A DNA stretch of 64,000 bases from Eledone cirrhosa (lineage: Eukaryota): positions 74,214,001-74,278,000 of the forward strand of contig OZ024742.1 of the NCBI GenBank assembly GCA_964016885.1, read 5' to 3'. The position numbers were made by a program, and so were the translations under genes. Under the pieces are notes generated by a model that did no database searches, was not told the origin of the DNA, and saw only the letters and a list, made by a program, of their open reading frames with translations. Of this stretch, positions 41,521 to 54,570 are shown in pieces; positions within the stretch are counted from its first letter, which is position 1; every line of letters begins with the position of its first letter.

Positions 41521-43501
41521 ATGGCTGAGCCACGCCCCCCAGCGATATGTCGGCTGTCGTGCGACAACGACGTAGAAGTTGAGAGGAGCGCTACAGCGAA
41601 ATTAACACACATTGATAACACAAACACCACCACAAACAAGGTAAACAAAGACACCAATGATACCAATAAGAACTCTAATTTTGAAAAAAATGACAGTAAC
41701 AGTGACAACGAATATACAGATAACAACAAAAAAAATAACAAATACAACAACAATATCAACACCACTAACATGAAAGCAAATAGCGACAACACCAACAGCA
41801 ACTATACCAACTGCACCGTGAACAACGGTGGCAGCAAAGACAACAATAATAACAGCGACAGTGCTAACAACAACACCAACAAGAACAACGTCAACAACAC
41901 CCCAACGAAAACAAGACCACCTTCGCTGCGGCAGCAGCAAAAAAGAAGCCATGCTTCAACATGGACCTCTCAAACAAAGATGAAATGTTGGCCCAGGCAT
42001 GGAAGCTCATCAAGCAAGAGCAAACTTGGGCCAACTTAACTGTCCCGGTAGAAGCTATTGAGGAAGTGGAGCGCAAAACGGTGCATTATAGATGCATCTC
42101 AGCACAAACCAAAAGGGCAGCGTTAATCCCACAAGAAGATATCGAAGTCGCGCTGAGGTGCATCAGAGAAGACACCCAGTACATAGAGAGGGGCAGACAG
42201 TACGGCACCATTTCGGTGTTGTTCAAGTCAGAAGCCCTCGTGATGAAATACGCCATGACTCCTTGCAAAACCAGCAAGGTCATAATGTACCCCTCCCACA
42301 TGGGAAAAAGAACGGCCCGTCTCCGCATTCCTAGAATCCCACCAGGACTTGACATGTGGTGGCTTCTGGGATGTGTGATTGTGGAGGGGACGGATACAGT
42401 CCCTATAGAAGTGACCAGAACGGCCATAGAGGACTGGTCCGGGGTTGACCTGGAGATCCTTCTCCAGATCAGGCCTGAGAATGTGAAGACAATCCCAGAC
42501 CATATCCGACTTTAGAATGGGACTGTCATTCACATTATGACCGAAGGCAAAAGGCCGCAGTGTTTTGTTTGTGGGGAAAAACCCCTTTGCGAGCCTTCTG
42601 CCCTCAACTGCTGAAAGAGGCAAGGGGTCGAAAGGCTCCACTGCTGCCGACGCCGGGGCGAGGACTACAACCAACACCTGCACCGGCAAAACCACCAACA
42701 ACAACACCAATAGAAAAAAAACAACCAACATTGACCACCCAGGGGGGAAACGAGGAAAGCTGTCAAATTCCCCCTCCCCACCCCCAAAAATACACACACC
42801 AATAAAACCTTAAACATACATACAAACGCACTTACAGACACAGACCCCCTCATCTACCAGTAGTGAAGATGAGGGAAATCCAAAATCCCCCAAAATCCAA
42901 AAAAGGAAACACAAAAAGAAAAAAAAAACTCAACAAAGCACAAAAGCACCCACAATAAAAAAACGCAGACACCACCCACGCAAACATCTCTCCAATAACA
43001 CCAACATCAACACCACCATCACCATCACCAGAATCCCCCAAACGCAAACAACCGAAACAGACGCAAGAACAAATATACACACAAACATCTGAAACCACAG
43101 ACATCGCACTCACAACAAACACAGATACAACCGAAACAACACCACCAAAACCATCACCACCACAGCCACGCAAACAAATAAAATCACACCAACAAAATAT
43201 ACAAAACTTCGTGCTCGTCAGGAGGGTCAACAAGGAACTGATGGCCCTCGTAACACGAAGTGAAAATATACAAAAAGAGGGGGAAATGTTTAAATCGAGC
43301 ACATTTCGCGTGCCGGAAGATTTGGTTCTGGTGCGAATGTCGCTCGACATATTCAAAGAAATACGAGACAGCTTTCCTCGGGACGTGGGAACCCCGAACG
43401 TAAAACCCACTTCAAGACTTTTAAAGGGGCTCCCAAAAGAAACCCCACTAACTATGGAGGTCGAACAACCCGACCTTCACAAGAGCCCGGAAGGTAAGTA
43501 A
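41521..43501 (+). pseudogene. Tx1-like ORF1 (Asn-rich N-terminus, degenerate CCHC knuckle), frameshifted
   Basis: ORF pieces 41491-42039, 41961-42515, 43211-43501; QCFVCG...LRAFCP near 42557-42603. Confidence 0.7.
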
Positions 43502-43532
43502 ACCTTCCTCTCTCTTTGTTTAACCTGCCAAC

Positions 43533-46500
43533 ATGGCCGTATTAAGAGTAGGATGTTTAAATGTTCCAGGCCTGGGATCGTCCTGGAAGCAGGGTCACCT
43601 GCTCAACGACCGCAGGTCTATAGAAATGGATGTAATTGCAGTCAGCGAGACCAGGATTTCCGACACGCGCACACTAGCCCCCATTTTCAACGACTATCAG
43701 ATCTTTGAATCTGTTAGCCAGCCGGGAATGGGAGGCGGGGTGGAAGTGCTGTTTAGGAAAGGCCTGGATCTCGAGGTAAGGTCGATCTTCCGGGACCCGG
43801 AAGGGGAGTTGGTGGTCCTGGACGTGAACAATAATGAAGGTGGTGCCTTTAGACTGGTGGCCGTCTATGCTCCTACTGGGGCAGGACGGCCGGACTTCTT
43901 TAGACGCCTGGAAGCCTTTCTGGGTACGTCTCGCCCTTTACTGTTAGCGGGGGACTGGAACGGCATCTTAGACGCACACTGGAACTGTGTGGGAATATCC
44001 GATAGGAGCGGGGGGTGCAAAAGCCTCAAGAACCTGATCAGCCAGTTCCAACTGTCAGACAGATACCGACTAGATTTCCCTACTGCGCCAGTGTGGACCT
44101 GGGCTAACCGCATAGGGTCATTTAAATCGTATATAGACAAGATATTCATTAGGAAAATAGACAGAAATAGTGTAAGCTGTCTACGTTTTGAAACGGTCGC
44201 CTAATCATATCACAAGTTTGTGATCTGTATGGTCGACCTAGATAAGACGCGTAGGTTAGGACCTGGTTACTGGAAGCTAAACATGTCATTTCCGGCACGT
44301 AAGGCTTACAGGGACCAGGTCAACAATTTAGTTAAGAAAAAGTTGACAGGAGGAGTCGTCAACAATAGATGGTGGGGGGCTCTCAAAAGAGAGATTAGAG
44401 TAATGTCGATAGAGTTTAGCAAAGAAGTAGCATTAGAGAAAAATAGAAAGGAGGGAGAGTTGGTAGATAAGTTAGACGAGGCTATTGGTAGTGTCATTGC
44501 AACTGATGTGCTAGCGGCGAGAATGGCATTAGACCATTTCTTCAATGCGAAACACGAAGGCGCGTGCTCTGAGAAACGAGGGAACCAAAGCTGTTCGATG
44601 GGCCCACGTGGCAGAGGCGCAGCGTGGTAATAAAACCACGATTCGCTCTTTGACGGACCGAGACGGGCTCGAGCTGAGCGATTCCAAGAGGATGTGTGAG
44701 GCCTTTCGCCAACATTTTGCTCAGTTGTTCGGGGGAAGTGGCGGGTCAGAGATGGTGGCGGACTTCAGTCCCTACCTCGACGGCTTGCCGCAACTCTCGA
44801 TGGCTGACGCTGGGCGCTGAGAAAGGCCAATTACTTCAGCCGAGATTCAGGATGCCCTTGTAGGCTGCATGAGGCGCAAGTCACCCGGTTTGGATGGTCT
44901 GCCCTACGAGCTTTACGTAAATATGCCAGACTTGTTCTCGGATCTCCTCGAAGCGCTCTACAGTATCTGGCAGCAAAACGGGAGTATTCCCAGTTCTGTG
45001 AGCCGGGGCGTAGTGACGCTGATAAGGAAAGACGAGAACAAGAGGGACACATTAGACAATTTCAGGCCCATAACTCTGCTTAACACAGAGTTTAAGATTT
45101 TGGCCAGGGTGTTAGCGAAGAGGTTGGCGCTTGTCGTCGGGGATTTGGTTGGGGAGGAGCAAACTTGCGCAATCCCAACCAGGTCCATACACGACAACCT
45201 CCACCTAATGCGATACATCATAGAGAGGGTAGGGTATAAACCTGGCTTCGGTGGGGCTCTTATCAATTTAGATCAATCGAAAGCATTCGATAGGGTCGAC
45301 CATCGGTACCTGGAGGCTGTCCTCAAGGCGGCTGGCTTCGGCCCCGTCTTCAGAAGCTGGATCGCTGCAATGCACAGCGGCACCTGCTCGATGGTCAAAA
45401 TTAATGGCCACCTCTCGGAACCGTTTCAGGTCTCCCGATCGGTCCGTCAAGGGTGCCCTCTCTCCTCCCTTCTGTACGTATTGACTCTCGAGCCTTTATT
45501 GCGGAAGCTGGAGCTGTTGCAGGGCATCCCGCTCGAACCGGGACGCGGAAAGGCTGTGTCGGCTTATGCGGACGACATCACCGTGATGGTGTCGGACACC
45601 TCAGAAATCGAGGTGGGCGGCAACTTATTGGAGGAATATGAAAGGTTGACGGGAGCAAAGCTTAACCCGGAAAAGTCAGTGGGCTTGCAACTCGGCACCT
45701 GGAGAGGCAAGTCCATGCCGTCCAACAACGTCGTTAGGCGCTGGACGGACGGACCGGTAAAGTTGCTAGGGGTTTGGTTCGGGCCAGACCTCCAGGTGGA
45801 TAAGAATTGGGACGAGGTACGGGCAGCGTAGTCAGTCTCACCCAGAAATGGGCTGGGATGAAGCTATCACTGAAAGGTCGGGCGGAAGTGGCGAACGCCT
45901 ACATCGCGTCCGTCATCTACTACCGTCTGACTGTCGTCCCTTGCCCCCGTTCGCGCCTCGCCATCTTGGAACGGCTCCTCTTCAAATTCTTGTGGAGGGG
46001 TCAGGTTCCGCTGGTGAGGCGGTCCATCTGCTGCCAGCACCCTCTACGTGGAGGGCTGGGCATGCCGTGGCTAATGATGCGCAGGCACGCGCTGAGGCTG
46101 CGGCATCTCCAGATATTCTGCCTAAACGGTGAACAGGTGTGGTCGCCGTTTGTCAGACGGGCCTTTCGGCAGCTCGTTTCTTTGATTGAGTTGCAGTCCT
46201 GGGTCAAGAAGAGACCGAGACTGGGTGACTGGCATCTGGAATGTTGCCAGGCACTCACTGCCCTCTACCAGGCGGGCAATGCGGTCAGTGGAACTTCCAC
46301 TCTCGAGTTCTATAGAGGATTAGTGGTGGGCAAGTGCGACGACGCACTCGGAGAGGCTCTGGGAGTCAACGAAGTCGAACTAACCAGTCTGTACCGGAGG
46401 ACTTTCGAGTCGGGGACGATGGATAATTTCCAAAAATCCCTCGCTTGGCACTGCCGGTTCGAGATAAACTCTACAGGCACGGAAGTGCTGTCAGACGGAC

Positions 46501-46918
46501 CTGCCCGAGATGCGCGCAGAGCGACGAAACCGTTCTGCACGCACTCGTCCAGTGTCCGTGCATTACTGACTTGTGGAGTTATGTTGAACAGCTGTTGTCG
46601 CGTGTAGAACGGATCCGGCTATCGGCCGAGTCCATAGTGAAGATCGACCCGCCGCCTTCTTTTGGCCAGGAAAGGCAGGCAATTTTCCTCTGTCTGGTGG
46701 CAGTAGCGAAAGAGGTTGTATGGTAGACGAGGTTGAAAGGACTGAAGACAGACACTTTTCTCTTCGGCCAATCCCTCATCAACTTTTTCAAGTTTCACTT
46801 GGAAAGGAAGATGAGGGTGGAGAGAGAAGTGCTTCCCCCCAGTACAATTGCTGAAAGGTGGGTGAATGTGGCGAGAATGGCCCGTGTGAGTGGGCCTGCT
46901 CTGGTCATGCGGCTGTAG
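43533..46918 (+). pseudogene. Tx1-like ORF2: APE endonuclease, RT and C-terminal zinc finger; disrupted
   Basis: LNVPGL, SET, VYAP, GDWN, YIDKI, PGYWKLN, KSPGLDGLP, FRPITLLN, LDQSKAFDRVDH, RQGCPLS, YADD, CPRC...HALVQC. Confidence 0.92.
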
Positions 46919-47192
46919 GTAGGTAAATTTGAAGAGGAGAGGGGGTGCCCTTCCAGGGTTCTCTCGAAGCGTCGGGTCGTTCAGGACTGGTGGGGTATCT
47001 GAGCGAACCCTAGGTGGTCATCCCCGCTATTGGGGAATTTTTTCTTGTTGTAATTTTCTTGTTACTTTATTGTTACTTTGTTATTGTTACTTTGTTTATT
47101 CATATTGTTTACTCGATTTTTCTGTAAAACCCCACTGTCCCAGTCTTTTGTATTGTCCCCTATATGTCGGCCCTTGTGGCCAATAAATGAAA

Positions 47193-47224
<32 letters not shown>

Positions 47225-47399
47225 GTTACTATTATTATTACCTTTTTTTTTTTTTCAAATTCAATGATGTTCCAGAACAATATAAAAGAGATAATTGGCA
47301 ATTTAGGTTCTGGAACAAAAAAGATAATTGGCAATAAGGGCAGGGGCCCCAGGTTATCACAGCCTAGGCCCGCTCGTCATCGTGCCATTGTAATAGAGC

Positions 47400-50300
47400 C
47401 AAACAAGGCATTTAGTCTTGGCTGCTGGAACGTACGGACGCTGCTTGACAGGGATTCCTTGGAGCGTCCTGAACGAAGCACAGCTCTTGTTGCAAAGGAG
47501 CTTCGACGTTACGATCTTGACATCGTGGCTTTATCTGAGACGAGGCTAGCTGGAGATGGTCATCTTACAGAATTTTATGGAGAATATACATTCTTCTGGA
47601 AAGGAAGAGATGAAGGAACCAGAAGAGAGGCTGGGGTAGGATTTGCTGTTAAGACTGTTCTTGTGAATAAATTAGAAGAATTCCCAGTAGGGATTAGTGA
47701 GCGTCTTATGTCCATGAGAATTCCGCTGGACAAAGGAAGATATGCGACCCTAGTGAGTGTGTATGCTCCAACTATGAATTCTGTCGATGAAGAAAAAGTG
47801 TCCTTTTACCATGCCTTGAAAGGTGTTTTAAGAAATATCCCTCAGGCAGACAAAGTCATCGTGCTTGGTGACTTTAATGCTAGAGTGGGTAGCGATTTTA
47901 ACACATGGAATGTAATCGGAAGGCATGGGTGGGAAAGCGTAACAACAATGGTATGCTCCTGCTGCAGATGTGTGAGGAGCTGGATCTGTGTGTTACCAAC
48001 ACCATGTTCCAACAAAAGAACAAATTCAAGACCACATGGATGCATCCTGCATCTAAGAAATGGCATCTTTTGGACTACGTCCTAGTCAGGATGCGTGACA
48101 GACAGGATGTGCAGTGTGTTCGTGCTCTTCGTGGAGCTGAGTGCTGGACGGACCACCGCCTGGTACGCGCAAAAGTGAAACTAATCACTAAACGTAAAAT
48201 CCGGGCTCCTGGTGTTGCCCTGCCCAAAAGATTGAATGCTGCTCGTCTTAAGGATAAAAATGTGAAGAGGACATTGGAAGAAGAGATGCAGCTGCAGATC
48301 TTGGTGAGGATTGGCCGACCCTTAAAAGTCGGTTTATGATGTAGGCAAGCGTGTTCAGGGATTGGTGCAGAGAAAACATCAGGACTGGTTTAATGAGAAT
48401 GATGTACATATAGAAGACTTGTTGGCTGATGAGAGGCGTGCTCTGTCACGCTACTTGACGGAAAAAACACAGGAGAGGTAATACGTTGCATGAGGAACTC
48501 AAGGATGTAAAATCACGTGTTAGGCGGAGTCTTTCTCAGATGAAGGATCAGTGGTGGAGTGAGAAGGCTGGTGAGATACAAACTGCGTCAGATTCCAATA
48601 ACACAAAGCTGTTGTACAGTCTCTTGCGTGAGGTTTATGGGCCGTCTTCTCTGGTGACACCGCTTCGCAGCAAGGATGGCAGATAACTTTTTCGTGACTC
48701 ACAAGGAATTCTACGAAGGTGGCGAGAGCACTTTGATGATCTTTTGAATCAGTCGTCTGTCGTCAGTGAAGATTTCCTCAATCTCATTCCAGAAAGTCCT
48801 GTGAAAGTAGCTCTCGCAGAACCCCCGACGCTTGTGGAGGTTGCAGTGGCTATCTCGAAGCTGAACAGTGGAAGGTCTCCAGATATGGATGACATACATG
48901 CTGAGCTCCTACAATATGGTGGTGAGAGACTCCTGCAACATCTTCACTCTTTGTTTGGCAGGATATGGGCTAATGAATCCGTACCTGAGGACTGGAGAGA
49001 TGCAGTAATGGTGGTCTTGTACAAGGGAAAGGGTAACAGGAATGATTGTGGGAACTACAGAGGTATATCATTGCTTTCTGTCGTAGGGAAAGTTTTATGT
49101 AGGGTGCTTCTGGACCGTCTACTGACACACATTGCAGATTGTGTTCTTCCTGAAAGTCAATCTGGTTTTCGTGTTCGACGCGGCACTACTGATATGATCT
49201 TCTCAGCTAGACAGCTCCAGGAGAAGTGCATGGAACATGGTTTGGATCTGTATCAGGTTTTTGTCGATCTGACAAAAGCTTTCGATACTGTTAACAGAGA
49301 TGCATTATGGAAGGTTCTCCAGAAACTTGGTTGCCCTGATAAGTTCCTTGCTTTAGTTAGGTTTTTCCATGACGACATGAAGGCTTGGGTTAATGTCGGA
49401 GCCTATCTCAGTAAAAAATGGAGTGAAACAGGGGGATATTCCATCACCGACCCTGTTTGCCATATACTTTGCAATGGTTTTCTGTATTGCATTCAGGAAT
49501 TGCGAGCATGGTGTTTACATCCGATATCGAACCTCAGGCAGCATATTTAACATCAGGCGCTTTGCTGCGAAGACAAAAGTATTTACATCAATCATAAGAG
49601 ACCTCTTGTATGCAGATGATTGCGATCTTGTAGCGCACACAGAGAGTGATATGCAGCACATTTTGAATGCATTTTCTAACGCTTGCACTGCCCTAGGATT
49701 GACTGTCAGTCTCAAGAAAACCGTCGTCATGTACCAACCTGCTCCTGGTAAGCAGTACACTGAACCAAATATCTATGTGTATGGTAAACGACTTGGAGTG
49801 GTTGATCAGTTTGTCTACCTGGGAAGCACTGTCAATCGATACAGAAACCTTGACAGTGAAATCTCACTTAGGATTAGGAAAGCAAGTGATGCTTTCGGAA
49901 AGCTAGAAAGGCGACTCTGGGGTCGGTGAGACATATGCAGGAGGACAAAGGTAAAGGTGTACAAGGCATGTGTGCTCTCTTGTCTTCTTTATGCCTGCGA
50001 GACCTGGGTCACATATCGACATCACCTTAAGCAATTGGAGCGTTTCCATCAGATGTGTCTCAGACGGATCCATGGCGTTCACTGGAGGGACTACATCAGT
50101 GATGTCGAGATTTTGGAAAGCTCTATGTGTGACAGTATAGAAGCTCTTGTGCTTAAGCAACGACTCCGTTGGAGTGGTCACCTTGCCAGGATGAAGGATT
50201 CTAGAATACCAAAACAACTCTTTTATGGAGAGTTGGTTAAAGGAAAACGACCGCCACATAAACCAAAAAAGAGGTATAAGGATTCCTTGAAAGCCTCTTT

Positions 50301-50780
50301 GAAAGACGCTAACATCTCTGCTGATACATGGGGAAATATTGCTGCTGATCGTAATAAATGGAGAAAGACTGTATATGAGGGAAAAGTTGCCTTTGAGGCA
50401 TCTCGAATCGCATACGAGAAAGTAAAGCGGGATGTGAGGAAGGGCATTGCTGTTGCACTTCCAGACGGAGAGGGTCCTCCTATGGTGCTGACATGCAGCG
50501 TCTGTGCGAGACTCTGCCTAAGCAAAGCTGGACTCGAAAGTCATTTTCGCAGTCATAAAGTAAGACCAGTGGTTGACTACCAGGCTGCTGTTGGAGATGC
50601 TACTCATCATGCTTGCCAAACATGTGGTAGAGAATGTAAATCAGCAGGAGGGCTCAAGCGACATGCAAAAGTACATGAACTCCAACCACAGCCGACTATT
50701 CCCAGTGAATGTTTTGGTTGCCGACTCTGTGCAAGACATTTTAGATCATTGGCTGGGCTAAAAAGCCACATTCGATCGTA
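47400..50780 (+). mobile_element. RTE/BovB-type LINE: APE, RT and three C2H2 zinc fingers; frameshifted
   Basis: WNVRTL, LSETR, GVGF, YAPT, GDFNARVG, LDYVL, TDHRLV, NYRGISLL, DLTKAFD, GVKQG, LYADD, YLGS, LRWSGH; (GT)n after the stop codon. Confidence 0.93.
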
Positions 50781-50884
50781 GCGCTGTTAGTTGCTATCGT
50801 GTGTGTGTGTGTGTATAGATATGTTTATGTGTGTGCGTGTGTGTGTATATATATATGTATATGTATATTATTATTGTTGTTGTT

Positions 50885-52088
50885 GTCGTTTGCTCTTTCG
50901 CTTTTTGTGGAAGGGACGCGCTCCGATGGTCAGGCGGTCCATCTGCTGTCAACACCCGCTACGTAGAGGGCTGGGCATGCCGTGGCTGATGATGCGCAGA
51001 CACGCGCTCAGGCTACGACATCTCCACCTCTTCCTCGACGGTGATCAGGTGTGGTCGCCGTTTGCTAGACGCGTTTTTCCCCAGCTCGTCTCCTTGACGG
51101 AGCTGCAGTCCTGGGTCAAGTAAAGACCGAGAGGGAGCGCTTGGAGACTGGAATGTCTTCAGGCGCTCACAGCCCTCGACCAATCGGGCAATGTGATCGG
51201 TGGAAACTCTACCTTGGCGTTCTATAGGGGATTAGTGGAGGGGAAGAGCGACGACGTACTTGGAGAAACTCTAGGCTTCGACGAAAATCAACTAGCCAAT
51301 CTCTTCGGAAGGACTTTCAGGCCGGGGCCTATGGATAACTTCCAGAAATCCCTGGCCTGGCAGTGCTACCGGGGAGCTTTGCCAGTTCGGGTTAAACTCT
51401 ACAGGCATGGAGGTGCCGTCAGCCGGGCATGTCCGAGATGCGCACAGGGCGACGAAACCGTCCTGCACGCACTCGTCCAGTGTCCGAGCATTGCTGACTT
51501 GTGGGTTTATGTCGAACACCTGCTGTCACGTGTAGGACGGATCCAGCTATCAGCTGAGTCCATCGTGAGGATTGCCCCGCCCTCTTCCTTTAGCCGGGAA
51601 GGGCAGGCAGTTTTTATCTGTCTGGTGGCCATGGCGAAAGAGATAGTATGGTGGACACGTTTGAAAGGGCTGAAGACGAGCACTTACCTCTTCGGTGATG
51701 CCCTGATTAACTTTTTCAAATTTCATTTGAAGAGGAAAATCAGGGTAGAGAGGGAAGTGCTCTCTTCCCAGCATTTTGTTGAAAGATGGGTGAGAGAAGC
51801 AAGTATAGCCCGAATGAATGGGCCTTCTCTGAGTATGTGTCTGTAAATTAAAGGTGGAAAACTGGGAGAGGGCACTTGCCCTGGTGGTCAGGGCCACTGT
51901 GGTCTTTTAATGGGCTTTCTCCACAAATGTCCCTCGGAAGTCTCCCCCTATTGGGGAATTTTTCTTTGTTATTTTATTTCAACCTCCGTTGTTTTTACAC
52001 GCAGAAATGCCCATTTGTACCGTCCTGTATTGTCCTGTACTGTCCTTAATGTCTACTTTATGTAAACCCTTGTGGTTAATAAAGAAAA

Positions 52089-52089
<1 letters not shown>
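50885..52089 (+). mobile_element. Second Tx1-like LINE, 5'-truncated, ending in (ATT)n
   Basis: Peptides homologous to 45970-46918; AATAAA followed by (ATT)n at 52090. Confidence 0.9.
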
Positions 52090-52148
<59 letters not shown>

Positions 52149-52190
52149 ATATGTGTGTATGTATATATATGTGTGTGTATATATGTATAT

Positions 52191-52231
<41 letters not shown>

Positions 52232-52428
52232 TTATTTTATTTTATTTTTTATTTATTTATTAATATATATATATATGTTTTTTTTCTCCTCGTGCAACGG
52301 CCATACTCAATAACGAGGGGACAGCCATCATGTATGTATGTATGTATGTATGTATGTATGTATGTATGTATGTATGTATGTATGTATGTATGTATGTATG
52401 TTTGTATGTATGTATGTATGTATGTATG

Positions 52429-53010
52429 TACGACGAGGTTTGTCAGAAAGGAAACATGACCGGTGTCACAAAAAATATTTCAAATTCAAACTACAAACTA
52501 CAAGTTTCCTCTTTCAAATAATCCCCCTCGAGTCTAACGCACTTTCCCATCCTTCTCCACCACGCCTCCCTGCACTTCTGGAACGATACTCCCGGGATTC
52601 TCCACAGCTCCGTCGTCACGGCCTTCTCGATGGCTTCCACGTCCCAAGAACGGATCGTATTCGAAGACTCATGACCCATCACCGGCGATGATTCTCCCCA
52701 GTAAGTTTGGTTTGGTTTCAGGACACTCGAGGATGTCCTGACACACCTACATACGCCACTTCTTCTGGTCATCATTCAGTACCTTAGGCACTATCTCCGT
52801 ACTAAATCTTCTGTGATAATCTTCTAAACACTGCCGTGGTTCATGTCCAGCTCAGTTGTGGTCAGTCGAACAGTCAGCCGACGATCGTCATGCACCACTT
52901 GCTTGACGCGCTCAACGTTGTCTCCAGTCCTGTTCGTTGAAGGCCTTCCGCACCAGGGGTCATCTTTGAACCTTTTGTGCAACTCGAAAACCCGTGAGAG
53001 CACCATCGTC
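52429..53010 (-). mobile_element. Internally deleted mariner transposon
   Basis: VFELHKRFKDDPWCGRPST...DRRLTVR (N-terminal HTH region) and WWRRMGKCVRLEGDY (C-terminus). Confidence 0.8.
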
Positions 53011-53419
53011 TCATCTCCGACACTTGCTACAGTATTCCGAGTGCTTCTGGTATGCTCTGGGATCGCTGGCTTAGGGTGACCCCGGCCTCGTTGAACAAGA
53101 AGAAGAGGAAGTAGAAGAAGAGGAAGAAGACGAAGAGAAAGAAGTGAATGTGTGTGAAAGTGTGTGTGTTTGTGTATATGTGTGTGAGAATGTGTGTGTT
53201 TGCGTGTGTACTGTGTATGTGTGTATGTGTGAGTGCATGTGTGTTTGTGTCTTTGTGTGTATGTGTGTTTGGTGGGAGTATATGTGTGATGTTATTGACT
53301 GTTCTTAACTTACTGAAATAATGGTCGGAATGTTTGCAACATGACTAATGACAGCAGTTATACAGCAATGGCGGCGGCGGCGGCGGTGGTGGTGGTGGTG
53401 GTGGTGGTGGGGCGTGAGG

Positions 53420-54570
53420 TTGTGTATGATAGTGTGGTGGTGGTATTGTGGGGGAGGGGAGGGGGTGTTATGTATGATAGTGTGGTGGTGGTATTGTGGG
53501 GGAGGGGAGGCGGTGTTATGTATGATAGTGTGGTGGTGGTATTGTGGGGGAGGGGAGGCGGTGTTATGTATGATAGTGTGGTGGTGGTATTGTGGGGGAG
53601 GGGAGGGGGTGTTATGTATGATAGTGTGGTGGTGGTATTGTGGGGGAGGGGAGGCGGTGTTATGTATGATAGTGTGGTGGTGGTATTGTGGGGGAGGGGA
53701 GGGGGTGTTATGTATGATAGTGTGGTGGTGGTATTGTGGGGGAGGGGAGGGGCTGTTATGTATGATAGTGTGGTGGTGGTATTGTGGGGGAGGGGAGGGG
53801 GTGTTATGTATGATAGTGTGGTGGTGGTATTGTGGGGGAGGGGAGGGGGTGTTATGTATGATAGTGTGGTGGTGGTATTGTGGGGGAGGGGAGGGGGTGT
53901 TATGTATGATAGTGTGGTGGTTGTCAGGTGGGGCGTGAGGTTGTGTATGATAGTGTGTATGATAGTGTGGTGGTAGTAAGGAGAAGGGAGGGGTGTTATG
54001 TATGATAGTGTGGTGGTAGTAATGTGGGGGGAGGGTGGTGTTATGTATGATAGTGTGGTGGTGGTAATGAGGGGGAGGAGGGAGGGGGTGTTATGTATGA
54101 TAGTGTGGTGGTGGTAATGTGGGGGGAGGATGGGGTTATGTATGATAGTGTGGTGGTGGTAATGTGGGAGGGAGGAGGGGTGATATGTATGATAGTGTGG
54201 TGGTGGTAATGAGGGGGAGGAGTGAGGGATGTTTTATATATGATAGTGTGGTGGTGGTAATGAGGAGGGAGGAGGGGGTATTATGTATGATAGTGTGATT
54301 GTAATGAGGAGGGAGGGGGTGTTATGTATGATAGTGTGATGGTAATGAGGAGGGAGGGGGTGTTATGTATGATAGTGTGGTGGTGGTAATGAGGAGGGAG
54401 GAGGGGGTATTATGTATGATAGTGTGATTGTAATGAGGAGGGAGGGGGTGTTATGTATGATAGTGTGATGGTAATGAGGAGGGAGGGGGTGTTATGTATG
54501 ATAGTGTGATGGTAATGAGGAGGGAGGGGGTGTTATGTATGAGAGTGTGATGGTAAATGAGGAGGGAGAG
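53420..54570. repeat. G-rich 48-bp minisatellite, degenerating 3'-ward into shorter units
   Basis: Unit atgtatgatagtgtggtggtggtattgtgggggaggggagggggtgtt. Confidence 0.95.

Larger units (their letters stand above)
41315..47194 (+). mobile_element. Near full-length Tx1-like (L1 clade) LINE inserted in (ATT)n
   Basis: ORF1 and ORF2 in canonical order; AATAAA at 3' end; (ATT)n on both flanks. Confidence 0.9.
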
